A stretch of 64,000 nucleotides of DNA from Botryllus schlosseri (lineage: Eukaryota): the NCBI GenBank assembly GCA_051294905.1, contig CM119373.1:31558001-31622000 (forward strand), read 5' to 3'. The position numbers and the translations under genes were made by a program. Shown here piece by piece: positions 25,921-38,332 of the stretch. The notes below the pieces were generated by a model. That model did not search any database. It saw only the letters and a list, made by a program, of their open reading frames with translations, and was not told the origin of the DNA. Every line of letters starts with the position of its first letter. The first letter of the stretch is position 1.

Positions 25921-26989
25921 TTACCTATAAGTTGTTTTCCATGGACTATTGAGTTCAGATCAGTGTAAAACGGTACATACATCTTTGAAACACGTTTTTC
26001 CATTTTTTTACTGTTTTCGTCGGTCAAAGTGGGAGTTTGATTGATTGACGTCATCAAATTGTTTCGACTCTTTTTCCAAGTATTGCAATTCCTTTTGGTA
26101 TCATAAATCTAATGAATATAAAATAACACGGATGCTGATGCTGAATTTTCCGCATCCACAGGTAACTGGCAATCTTCGAAAGTATCGTTACTTGTGACTA
26201 CTACGTTACAAAGACAGATCTCGGTATATAATTGGAATAAAGATTTTAACATTTGGGCTACGGAATACTTCCCAACGGAAAATGCGTCGCGCTTATTTCA
26301 AGGTAAAGCATGTGACTGTAAGGCATTGATACGGCATAGCCTACGCATCGAATTTCCAGCAATATAACAATAATATGGCTTATATCCTTCAGGGGAGAGT
26401 AATTTTGTGAAAACGTGTCTCTAAAGTATGTGAAATCCGGGGATGCAATTATTACGCTCTGCCAACTATGAAAATATAAAAAAGTAATGTTGCCATATCT
26501 CGTATCATCTCGTCATTTTGTTCTGTGATCCTATATATGCAGAGGATAATCCCTATATTTTCAGAAAGAGTACGTGTGAAGCATTTACCCCCCTATAAAT
26601 GAAGGGCACAGTTAGAGATCTTGTTGCCAAGTATCACTCGCAGCTTGTTGTAAATAGGGTTGCAGTGTTTTAAAGAAATGCCTTTTTTTAAAAACTTTTA
26701 AACGTTGTATGAATATGCCATAATTGTGTAAATACTTTCGAAAAACATGTAGTATGAGCCTAGTGACGATTTGCACCCAATAAAGTCGATGAATACGATA
26801 TGGAATGGGTGGAACCCTCGAAGTCGTCGTTAGTTCTACAGTTATAGCAAGTAGATATAGATATTGGTACGAAATGCGTGTTCTGATGATGATGACCGGC
26901 AACCGTAAAAATGATGCATATCGATGTAGTCCTGGTTAAAGATAGTTTTGTTCTGTTTATGACAATGTTCGGAAGCCCTTTTCGCCGAA

Positions 26990-27132
26990 GGAGCCATATT
27001 TACCCTATCTTTTGAATTGGGAATGCCAATTAAAGATTCGTGACGTCATGGATAAAAAGACATGTTTTAAACAAGGGCCATGATTTGAACATGTTTGTTT
27101 TAAATGGATTTTTGTTTAAAATGCAACCCTAA
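26990..27132. repeat. Family G fragment, inverted
   Basis: Reverse complement of the 13240-13390 and 47431-47560 segments; ends aatgcaacccta. Confidence 0.65.
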
Positions 27133-28534
27133 TTGTAAATATGTCTGCTCCTACCGCACGAGACTATAGTCTTCTTCCGATATAAGTAAGTAATGAAAGG
27201 TTGCATGTACTAATTTAGTAGTTCCTGACAGGAGCGGTCGTCTTTGAGCACATACTCAAACAGCTTCACCGAGTTTGTGTATACAATGGATGCCTTGAGT
27301 GTATGCACTCACGTAGTTTATGTAGCAGGTTAAGAAAACGAGAAAGACGGTGTATAAGAAAGATAGCAAGGTAGTGTTTATTTCCGTCCCAACATAGGTA
27401 AGTAAACAATAAACACTAACCATTACCAAAAAGAATACATCGAAACGTATAAACATAGCTGCTGCTATTGCTCAGTATTCAGGAATAGTCTTATTAGGAT
27501 CACTATCGCAATGAAAAGTCCCCCCTATTTGGCCTTGCACGCTCAGAGCCAGCACAAATGGCGGTTATGTAATTGCTTTCTATGGCTATGATTCAGCCAA
27601 GTCAGGGGTCGGGGTAAATCAAATCAGCAATCAAGCACTGCCATGATAAATCGTGACGTGTTCGAGGAACAGTACGTTACAATTGCTGTACCCGGAATTT
27701 GAGACGGCATGAGTCAAGTCAAAATATCACTGAATAAAATAATATCGCATTGGTAGTGATGTCAGTTCTGGAAAATTCCGAACTTTTGCCAGCATCTTTG
27801 AAATGCGTTGGACGAGATATCCTCCGTTTGTTTCTTAGTTTAACCCCGCCTCGAAACCAATTTGAATAGTTGAGCTTTCACATCTAAAATTCTACTGAGC
27901 AGCGGAAGTAATCAATGATCATGAGACTTGCATATATCATAAGCCTCATTCGGTTGTCCGACATGATTTGGAATCTGTGTCTTATAGATGGCAAGATGTC
28001 ATAGCTACCGATGTAATTAATAAATTTAGGGATTACCTATTTGAAGCGCCGGAGACTTCTGTCTAAAACTTGAAACTATGTAATTCCACTATACCCTAAA
28101 CACGACAAGTTGCCTGATGATGTCTGTGACGCTGCAACTCATCAGACCTAAACAACTAAATCCTTTGGAGCTTTTAAAAATGACACTAAAATGAGAAATA
28201 TAGCTACTCAGTTTACATTGAATCAAGTTAACTTCATATCAAATCATAGCGCATTCCGATGAACATGAGAGTAGCAAATGCCTGTACGCGTACACTGTAC
28301 AGCAGGGGCGGGCAACATACGGCCCGCGAAGGGATTTTGTCCGGCCCGCGGAGAGTTTTCCGTCTTACATGATAATGTGGCCTGCAGCCCCAGTCTGCCG
28401 AGAATTGCCACTACTTGCTTACTACGTCAAATTTTAGTGACTGTGTGTTACGATATACGTGTATGCGCAGCGTGCGAGAGTGGAGCTTACGCGTAAGTTC
28501 GTCGAATCGGCATTTACGATGTACTCATCCCTAA

Positions 28535-29100
28535 TGTCGTTTGTGGTAATCATGGTGTTTGTCGACTGCAATGGTCATTTACACCAGGCTGATATTTTTT
28601 ATTTTTCATTCCGTAACCGCGGACTTGTAGCACGGCGCACTTCTAGGCTTTTGTAAGACGTAGGGTTACCATATTTTGGAAATCTCAAAAGATGCTAATT
28701 TTTCAAAATTTTCAGACTAGCAAAACCGGAGGAAAATCCTGAAAAATTGGTAAATTTTTCCCACTTCGTATTCGGTTGACTAAAAAAAGAAAAGGTCAAC
28801 TTTCTCGTTCAGCGCCCAAAATACAGTTTTTCCTTTCACATTATCAGTTGGTTGACTGAAAAAATAGGTCGACTTTCCGGCTCATATCCCGAAATACCCA
28901 CTGGAGCGTTACTTCAGTGCTAATTTACTGTATCTCAGTCGATTTTGCCATATATTTAACCAAAATTCTCAAAAAAGAGGACAAAATCTCAAAAAGAGAC
29001 ATTAGGGCGTCTTCCGAGGGCACTTTCAAAAAAGTCAAAAAAGTGGACAAATCCCCTTAAAAGAGGACGTATGGTAACCCTAGTAAGTCACCGCTTATAC
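28535..29100 (-). mobile_element. SINE family I 3' part, split by MITE J
   Basis: catggtgtttgtcgactgc...ttgtagcacggc...ctaggcttttgtaagacg|insert|gtaagtcaccgctta matches the 24006 and 38085 copies. Confidence 0.75.
28661..29082. mobile_element. hAT-type MITE family J
   Basis: TIRs tagggttaccata/tatggtaacccta. TSD gtaagacg/gtaagtca (6/8). Confidence 0.85.
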
Positions 29101-30898
29101 CAGGGGTCGCCAACTCAAAGCGGGTCGCGGGCCACTTTTCAAATTTCGTAGAGGACGCGGATCGCATGAATTCACTATCGAGATTAATCAGGTCACACAG
29201 TTGAACAACGACGCTATCTATCTCGTCATCTACTCAACCCTAATGAATTGATATCTTGGTAAATTATGAGTACCGGGGTTATCGAACGCCTTTAAATCTT
29301 AATTAAGGATTGCACCGTGTGTTGACTGATCACGATCAGTGATCATATAGAAGAAGACATGGCGGCGCCTGTATAGCAATGCTATTCTTAAATCCATACT
29401 GTCTTCGCCACTATCGGCGAGAAATGGCTTTGAAGTGACATTGCTGTCGTTAAAATACATTCATTAAATACGATTTATTCCTTGTATATGTGGATAAATG
29501 GGCGAATAATGTATCGATTCAGCATTCCGGCCCGCCAAGTAGCCTACTTAATTTTCCTATATCCGGCCCGCCGACTGGAGAAGTTGCCCGCCCCTGCTGT
29601 ACGTACAGTGTACTGTACACACTACACGTTGTACAGCAGGCTTGGCTGGTTTCGCATTACACAGTTCTCGTGTAGCATTTATAGAAAAACACGAAATTAG
29701 ACTTGAAATAAAATTAGAGAATAGAAACATCTCAAAAATTAGACAAGAATTAGAGCAAAGAAACATTTTACAAATTAGATAACTCTAATTAGTCTAGCTG
29801 TCCAAGTCTGCAACTCATTGCTTAGGATTATACATAGACTACGAAAAAGGCTAGAAGAATCGGTAGTTACGGCTGTGGGAGTGGCCGGAATTCTCGAGTA
29901 GATCACACTGATGTCGCTTTGGATACAATGTTAAGCCTAATACGACAATGACGCGAACACGGACACTAGAATTTCACCCCATAGTTTACATATTGCACTC
30001 AACGAAGCGAAGGCTTTTCGCTGTCGGTAAGCGTTAAACCATGCAAGCCACTCGCTAGACGAGAGCGTGGTATCCAATTAACACACGATTAAACAAGAGA
30101 ATTGCAGCGCGCTACGCTTGTTTTACAACAGCGTTATAGTAACAGTTGAATGCTTTCTAGACAGGTGAGCGGCCAAGTTTGTTGAAACCCCAGTAGTAGC
30201 AGTGCGTATCACTCAAATAACCCAGACTTACGAGCCGAATGACGCGTAGAGTGGGTTTCATAACTATGCCGGCAGTAAAACCGCATGATTTGCCGAAGAA
30301 CGCGGGGGACCGAGTCTCTTCGTCATATAGATTCCTAGGGATCAGGATATGACGAAAGTTTTCTTGTTGGGGAAGAATAAGAAAGTGAACGGTATCTGAG
30401 GACTATTCAATAGCGCGTCGCAGATTTCGAGTGTGATGTAACACTGTGAGAGCGCTGATTATGATTTGTATTTATTACGGTTGAGAATTCTATAAGTGAG
30501 GAATTGCGCTATCTAAACTGGAGGCTAACGTAGTACCGATTTGAAACTGTGCATATTTACATACAATTCAGATTGTAGCATTGCAACCGTTGATATTGCG
30601 ATGAAAGTGTTCAAATCTTCACAGTATCGTTGTTTTTCACCAGGACGTCGGGCCGTTACGCGCAGCTGTAAATTTAATTGTGCATTTAATCACACTCGCG
30701 CAACTTGTTCAGTGTTCACGCATATCACAGGCTTTTCTGAATATTGCGTTGTGTGCCCTTCGCGCGTTAAGGTCGTATAGAGTAAATGTGTACTTTCGAT
30801 TTACGATTCAGTTGACTATCCTACATGTGTTATGAAGTGAATGTTTTATTAAAACCATAAATCCGAAATGTACAGATGTATGGTGGCCCACGCTACAC

Positions 30899-31169
30899 CT
30901 AATGACTTCCCGAGTGATTGTCAGGGGCAACTATTGCGATCCCCATTACATCCCCGTCACTGAGAAGCCGAGCGTGACACCGTTTATTGTGTGCGAATCG
31001 CGGTATAATACCAGATAAGTTATACCTGTCAATTTCCGTCATCCAATTTTCGTGCACATAATGCTTTGGATTTATAAACACGCCATTACGACGTGATATT
31101 GCTAGGTAACCCCGAATTATTTGTCCAGAATCAAAAGTCACAGGACTATGGTTGCTAGACTCGCTTGAT
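30899..31169 (-). other. Possible orphan coding exon with FHA-like motifs
   Basis: Open frame SSESSNHSPVTFDSGQIIRGYLAISRRNGVFIN...RLLSDGDVMGIA, with a candidate tgcag acceptor ending at 31170. No partner exon found. Confidence 0.25.
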
Positions 31170-32943
31170 CTGCACCAGACATGATGTAATAGTGATTTGT
31201 ATCATATAATTTATTACAGCGATTACAGCATGTCGAAGTAATCATATTCGAATAGTTTACATACATTCTCCATTGTTCTGTGAAAGAACGATTACTCGAA
31301 TGTATATACTTATACGAGGACTACGACATAAACTGAACTGAGCACTGAACACGAACAGTTGTGATCAAGGAGTAGTGCGTTGTATCAAATTAAACATGTA
31401 AACTTTACTGCTCATGATTAAGTCACAAGAGTTAGCTAATCTCATCGGCATACACCGCTACCTCCTACTAGAAACTAGATGTTTTGCTACGATTCGTTGA
31501 ACGCGGCGTGAACGTTGCTGTTAGGCGAGGAGCATTTACACCGCACAGAGCTTTAAAATTTGATACTCGTCAAATAAAACATGACTATTTCCGCATCAAG
31601 CCATTAGAACTGAACAGTCGCTGATATTAATCATAACTGAGTTGCTCGTTGTCGTTACTCATCACGGCGGTACGCAATATTCGTGTTAGATGTGATGTGA
31701 AGTATACGTCTGTTCAACTACGCGAAAAGCATTATCCGTTACGGCAGAACTTTATGTTCATGTTATCTTATTTTCTTATGGATCTACTTTACACGGGCAC
31801 CAATAGTGCTTTTCAAAAATAACCTTTTTTTTTCGGATAACAGCCATTCACTGATTAAATTGTCAAGTTACCCTGAAAAACGCTGCACACCAAATTTGGT
31901 TCAATTCTAACGAGTAAAGACTCCGCAAATCCAATTAAAAATTTTGATTTATTAGAGAAAATAAATTATAAAAAATCAAATTTTTCTGTCAACATCATGA
32001 AATTGTTGAGCTGTCTTCAAATGCGATGCAAAACAAATTTGACTCAATTCCAACAAGAGGCGGAGTTATTTGAGTTATTCGTTGATAATTCTCGGATGAT
32101 CCTTGATTGGTGGATCTACGCTACCGTCAGCCATCCGCCAAATCACCACTTTAGCATGCGTTGAAGCTAGAATGAAAACCGTTTGAGAGAGAAATCTTCA
32201 GCTAGAAATATTGGGCAATGGGACATATTGAGACGGAACATGCGAACTACGTCACAGTTATTCAAACAATTACTCCCTCTTGAGGCACTCCAGTCGCAAT
32301 CGTTAAATTGCCTTCGAATATGTGTTCAGTTCAAGGCTTGAGTTCAACGAAGCAAAATGTATGGAATCGTGGATAATAATAACCGTGATAACTTTTCCAT
32401 GTAAGCGTAATCGTGATTGACTGGGATTAAGCTGTGATCGTATTTGCGCGGATGTTTCCACGCTTGAACAACTAGAAAACTTTGAGAGCTCTTCCAGATT
32501 ATATAAGAATTCGAATGATAGCGACACAGCTTTTTTTCCAAATTAGATTATAATTAGAATTACTGAACTCGCAAACTTGGAAATTGAAACAATTGAAGCT
32601 TGAAAATTGAATTATACTCCGAATTAGAAGGAAATACAATGAAATCCAGTTGGCTTCATATGAGATCGGATAACATTCTCATAAGCATGATAATGACAAA
32701 TATCGGTACATCACTCTCGACTCGTTTCGCACAATGCAAGTGTCCTACAGCATTTTCCAGAAAACCATGAATTAGATTAGAATTGAAATTACAGCATGGA
32801 AAGATTTCACAAACTAGATTAGAACTTGGTTACAAGCTTCTCCCTTTCATTAGACGACTATAACTATCTGCTTGTTTCATACGAGTTGTATGTAGACAGT
32901 GACGCGCCGAGTCACACCGCCAGTCCGGACGTATCTCCTAATA

Positions 32944-33795
32944 CAGGGGTTCTTAAAGTATGGGTCGCGATATTAACATTAAACATGTGTCGCCAAGGCA
33001 AGGGTATAATTTTGGGTCGCCACGACACCATAGCGATGAGCGATCTTTTAATACGTGTGTTATTTGTTGAATTTCAAAAAAAAAATTTTTCTCGCTTCGC
33101 GCGATTTCTGTAATTTGTATGTGCATGTTCGAGGTCACCATGATGGGTACTATAGCCAAAAACACGTAGAAAAGTCGTTACTACAGTATGGCTTGGTCAA
33201 AAAAATGTGTCGACCATTGTACTGCATAAATCTGTTTCAAATCATGGTAAGGTTTATCCGATAACGGTGTCTCTGGAAAACACCGTCCGAGACGGTTGGG
33301 ATGCTTTAGTGTAGGGCTGCGCAACGAGCGGATGTGGAACTCTGATACACAGGTATTTCAAGGGCAGCCTCTTCCGCGCCGGAACAACTGAAGACATGAA
33401 ATCTTGGTCAACATATGGCTTGGCAACGTGCGATGCCAAAAAGATCGTTGGCGATAAAACCTTGACCAAAAGACCGTCCTTAGTTGGCCAAAAGCTTGGA
33501 TATTGATATGTCGAGTCGTCGAAATAGTCTTCACCAAATAGTCCCGTCCTTGCGATCTGAGTAGACAGTAGTACACATGCCGCTCAAATGCGACCAGCAG
33601 AGAAAGATAAAGCACCCCAATTTGAAAACGCGTGCGACCGAAATGTTTCATAGCTGCGTTGCGTACAATTGTTGTCTGCGCGTTCTATGTGTCATACTTG
33701 CCCGTAGCATTATAGATAACTAACCTATAAATGCATTTTTTTGATGCGCGAGGCGCCACTAAAACTCACAAGTCTGAAAAGTTTGAGAACCACTG
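32944..33795. mobile_element. hAT-type non-autonomous element family N with a non-family interior
   Basis: Ends caggggttcttaaagt/gtttgagaaccactg. TSD tcctaata/tcctgata (7/8). Termini resemble about 51004-51736. Confidence 0.7.
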
Positions 33796-34851
33796 TCCTG
33801 ATATGTAGTTTAAAACAATTCCGGGTTACGAGAATGACAAAGTATCCTGAGGTCGCCGCTTCCTTGAAGCGTGAAAAAAGCGCAAATTCCAACTGTCGTG
33901 AGATTTCGACATATTCAACTAAATAACTACATGTGCCGCCGATTCATAAAGGGTGAATCAGCGCACACGGGTCAACCCCGAATTAACGTCTGGCTTTGAA
34001 ACTTCAAAACAACTCGTATCTGTGCGATTACGGAAGTAAAATATTGTGACGTGGGAACGGCCATTTTAGAAATAGTTTCTCGGAATAGACGCTCGGTTAT
34101 TCGGTGTCAGCCTTCGAGAACGTGCGCTTCGTCAGGCACATCGCATGCAGTGCGCGGCGTATCTACTATTATTGTTGCACCTGTAAACGGAGCGTTCCGA
34201 ACCGGTGGTTTTGACGCAATGACGGCTGGGGCGTTGATAAAGTGCTTGAATACCAGGAAACCTTGCAAAATTTCGAGAGGCTTTACAATTTAAATTATAG
34301 TGGGCATGCGCTATAGAAGATTTACGTCTGCCACGATCACCAACTGCTTGTACCGAGTTTGTGATGGGTTAAAACTATTTTTTAATATTGTAATATACTT
34401 TGAATATTGTTATATATTCGATTATACTTTTGAAATAGTGGGATTTATCAATCAGCCAATCGAACGCACTGAGCTTGTTCGTTATGTGGAGAAGTGGCCA
34501 AGTCTACAACCAATTCACAGCATTCAATTCGTCAATTGGTCATCATCATCACCAATCCAACCTTGTGCCAGTAATTACTATAATTATGATCACTGTGATT
34601 GTTCACTGTGATCGCAATGTTCACTGTGATTGCCAAAGTCAAATATGTCTTTAATTTCTCTGTATTGGAGTCGACAGTTATTATATAATCCAGAATCCAC
34701 AGAAGGAGTTACGTTTCTCCGTGTATCGTGAAATTTGATTCTCGCGCGTTATCTCGTGATCTTTGTTTTGACTATCGCAAAGTTGCAGCTGACTGAGTGT
34801 AGCGTCAAAATAACTTTGTTGCGTCATACTTGGCTAAATCGGGGTTGAATC

Positions 34852-35422
34852 TAGGGCTGGGCAAAATGATTCGAGTACTCGAATCTGAATCGAGTAGTAA
34901 TTTTAATGATTCGAATCGAGTAGTAAAAGACGATTTTTTCGAGTACTGAAATTATACGGTCCTCGCAACTGAAAGCTAATTTACTGACGAGAATTATAGT
35001 TTTGATACTATTTTCCACTGATTAAATAGTATATTCATATTGAAATGAACCCGAATATTTTCGGCTGACACTCGTCAGGGAAGCCGTGAAACCTTGATTG
35101 GCCGTGTTTGAGCATACCAGGCACAGTTTAAAGCTACGAACGTTACTGGAAATACCACATTTCCGAAGTCATTATCATCCAACAAAATTGTCAAGAAGTG
35201 CAATGAAATCGGTATGGTCGAAAAAATACCTAAGTATCTTTAATGTGATGGATAACAGGCATTACGTTCTTGTGGAGGCATAAAAGGTTCCCATTTGGAC
35301 TTCGACATAATACATCCTGTTGTGACGTCATAATGAGTGATACTCGATTACTCGACTCGACTCGAAGCATATTATGTGATTCAGAATCGAATCACTCAGG
35401 TACTCGATTTTGCCCAGCCCTA
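34852..35422. mobile_element. hAT-type MITE family B with a ~57-bp insertion
   Basis: TIRs tagggctgggcaaaat/attttgcccagcccta and perfect TSD gttgaatc. Near-identical to 14025-14539. Confidence 0.93.
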
Positions 35423-37909
35423 GTTGAATCTCTGTTCATTTTGCTTGTGCCATAGGCCTTGATAAGGTGCACACAACGGGTCTTCGCGTAATGTAAATTA
35501 TTCTGCAATGAATCTAGTCCCGAAAGCAATGTTTTACTATTGCAGGAATACAGCACAATGTAATCGGGGTAGAAGTAGAAACGAGAGTTTGACGAAAATT
35601 GACACGCAGTATCATACTCAAGGTATATCGCGAAAAAGTTGTATTCGAGACTGTGATGTAGGAGCTAGCTAACCTGTTGCGAATTACTCTGTGCTGAGCA
35701 CAACAGTATGCGACCCAGTTGAAGGCGGCTGCCCATCGTCGTCGGAAATTATCGTATCTATAACACAATCCCGGATAATGATTTCATACTTGCGAATTCG
35801 ATTACGCGCTTCGCAAAACGAGGTAGTACTCAGAAAAGGTAGTAGTTAGCATGATTATAACAGTTGCCATTTATTCGAAGTGGGGCTATGCCTGCAGTAG
35901 GAGGGCTGCTTCGAACACATTTAGCTATATCGTGTGATTAACTAAATATCGCACAAGACTTTATAAATCATATAATTATATTCATGATTCAATCCCTTGT
36001 GACTGCGACAGACAATTCGAAATGTGTCCCCGCGTCGCAACTGACTGCTTGACTATGCTTTTATCAAACCTTATCATTGATCAATAACAATTCTAACTGT
36101 TGTCAACATTGGTGATAGTTCGGAATCCTTTGTCGTACATTTCTTTACCGATTTTCGAGTCTTTACATTTCACACAGGAAATATTCTGAAACGTATTTGA
36201 GCGAAAAGACCACTATGTCGAATTCCCGCGCCAAGAGTTCTTAAAGCAACGCTGTCTTGCGTGAAACTGATATTGGTTTGTAGTGTTTAGTTCTCTGAGG
36301 AACAATCCGTCCGAGTCCAAATAATCTCGTCCAAAAGTCCACGCGAATCCGGAAAAATTCGTCTAGAATCTAAAAATCCTAATTGAGTAAATTTCCCGCC
36401 GATTCCTAATTGCACAGTTGAGCTAAGATTCAGATAAAGGCATAGTCATTACAAAGGCTGTGGTTAGGATTAGCTGATTTATATTTGCTTGGGCAGAACA
36501 ACCTTAGAGTGCTACCAGTCCTACCACAAGGTATTAAGTGACCCGCGTTTGATTGTCGATCTGGCGATTTATTCTTACTGCTTGGCAGAACTATCACAAA
36601 ATATCCTAGCTAAACAAATGTTACCAGTATCCGAAAATATCCGAAACATAATCTGCCATATGATCCGAGTCCTATCTGCCACAAATCTGTGCAAAATCCG
36701 GTACGACTTGTATCCGAGTCCATCCAATGCTCATCACTGGTGTTGATTCACGGAAGATCGAACGCCTAGGAGTTTTGCACAGTGCATTATACCAAAATAT
36801 TCCACCGACTGGTTGTTTCTCTCGCGGGACCCTCGACTTAGGCTGGTGCAAGGCCTGTTGTGTTTGTGCTGATTGTATTTCCATTTCCTCTTCCTTATTC
36901 TGGCGGTTCATCGAACCCATTTGCCCAAGATAAATCGAACTATGACAGATTCCTTCTGATCAGGAATTGATGCTAAAAATGGGTTTAGAAAGCTGTGAAC
37001 AGCATCTATAGCCATTATCATAATCGCCGAAGTTGTTACTGCGTATCAAAACCCCGCTGAATATCGGCTCTTAGGATAAAGTTTGCAATAGTAACATGAT
37101 ACTCGACGTTAGTGTAATTAATCGGCCGGAACTATGTGAATAGAAATTGTCTCGTGTGGTGATTTACGAGACAGAAAAGTCAAGTGTATGTCAGGCACGC
37201 CATAGTGACATTGAGATTGCCAACTTCAGCCAATGTGCAGTAGGGCGTTTTATTACGCGGAGTATATTGGGGCCTGAAAGTATACCGACCGGATAACGTT
37301 CAGGGTCAGCAAAATGTTTAGCAGTTCTGAAAATACGTCGCAGTTTTTGCATGTCTGGTTCAGATCTTTCTCAAAATCGTTTGGCACAAGTTGTAAGTGA
37401 ATAAGACACCGCGTCAATGTCTGCCTGTCTAGTATATCCAATCTCCTTGATACGTTACCTGTAGTTTATGGTTGGTCACGTCACTCAATGGAAATCTAAA
37501 TTTATCGCCGTTGCCCCGAAACACTATACCTACAATAAACCGTGCATTGTTGTATAATTGAAAGACTGTGGCATTTGTAGAAGGGTGTGGCTTGGATCTG
37601 TTGCTGAGTTTAGATACTTCCGAGATTGTAGTTCGCTGGTACGACCCGTTAGTTTCCCTTCGTGCTGCTAGGTCCACTGTTTCTCTTCGGCGTTATATTC
37701 AGCCAATTGGTCCGAGCGAGATTAGTGTAATGGTGATGCGTCCGGCTTCTTGGTCGGTAGGTCGTGGGTTCGGTCTCCAAGGGTCAGGCCGGGTGCGCTC
37801 AGCCTCTACGGATAGCAGGGAGGAGAAAAAACGGGGGTGCAGACTAAGTGACCTTACGATGGCATCGCATCTCAAAGCATCTTCATGATGCAAGCGAAAA
37901 TTAATATCA

Positions 37910-37932
37910 TCTCTCTCTCTCTCTCTCTCTCT
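37910..37932. repeat. (CT)n microsatellite
   Basis: tctctctctctctctctctctc run. Confidence 0.9.
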
Positions 37933-38084
37933 CGCAAAATCCGAGTACCTGTGTGATGCGATTCCGAATCGAGAAATTGACTTCGAGTATCACCCATACC
38001 TGTGTGGATGATGCGGAAAGTTCAAAATGTACCTTTTTCCGACCATGAAGAGAAAATGGTGTCAGATCTACTCCTCACACAGTT

Positions 38085-38332
38085 GTTGTGTTTGTTGTAT
38101 TCACGGTGTTTGTCGACACAACTATGGTCATTTACACCAGGTCAATTTCATTTTTGCGTACTTGTAGCACCTCCAACTTCTAAGCTTTTGACACCGCTTA
38201 AGCGGATGAGATGGTGAGGAGGAGCCTAGATAAACCTCAAACACTTCGGAAAGAATTCTGGTGTCGGCCTCGAACCCGGAACTCATCGGTGTCGCCGCTG
38301 TGAAACATACGCCTACGCTATCTCGCCACACT
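38085..38332 (-). mobile_element. Full-length SINE family I
   Basis: On the reverse strand: gagatagcgtaggcg head, gggttcgaggcc B-box, core and (ACA)n tail. Flanked by cctcacacagtt/cctcatacagtt (12-bp TSD, 1 mismatch). Confidence 0.85.

Larger units (their letters stand above)
28303..29596. mobile_element. hAT-type MITE family C carrying nested elements
   Basis: TIRs caggggcgggcaac/gttgcccgcccctg. TSD ctgtacag/ctgtacgt (6/8). Confidence 0.85.

Noticed and set aside
37250-37890. GC-richer stretch with overlapping protein-like ORFs, including a faint hAT-dimerisation-like CDVFSELLNILLTLNV
   Set aside because: Stops occur in every frame and there is no ordered motif series. It is probably a decayed TE or pseudogene but cannot be identified by eye.
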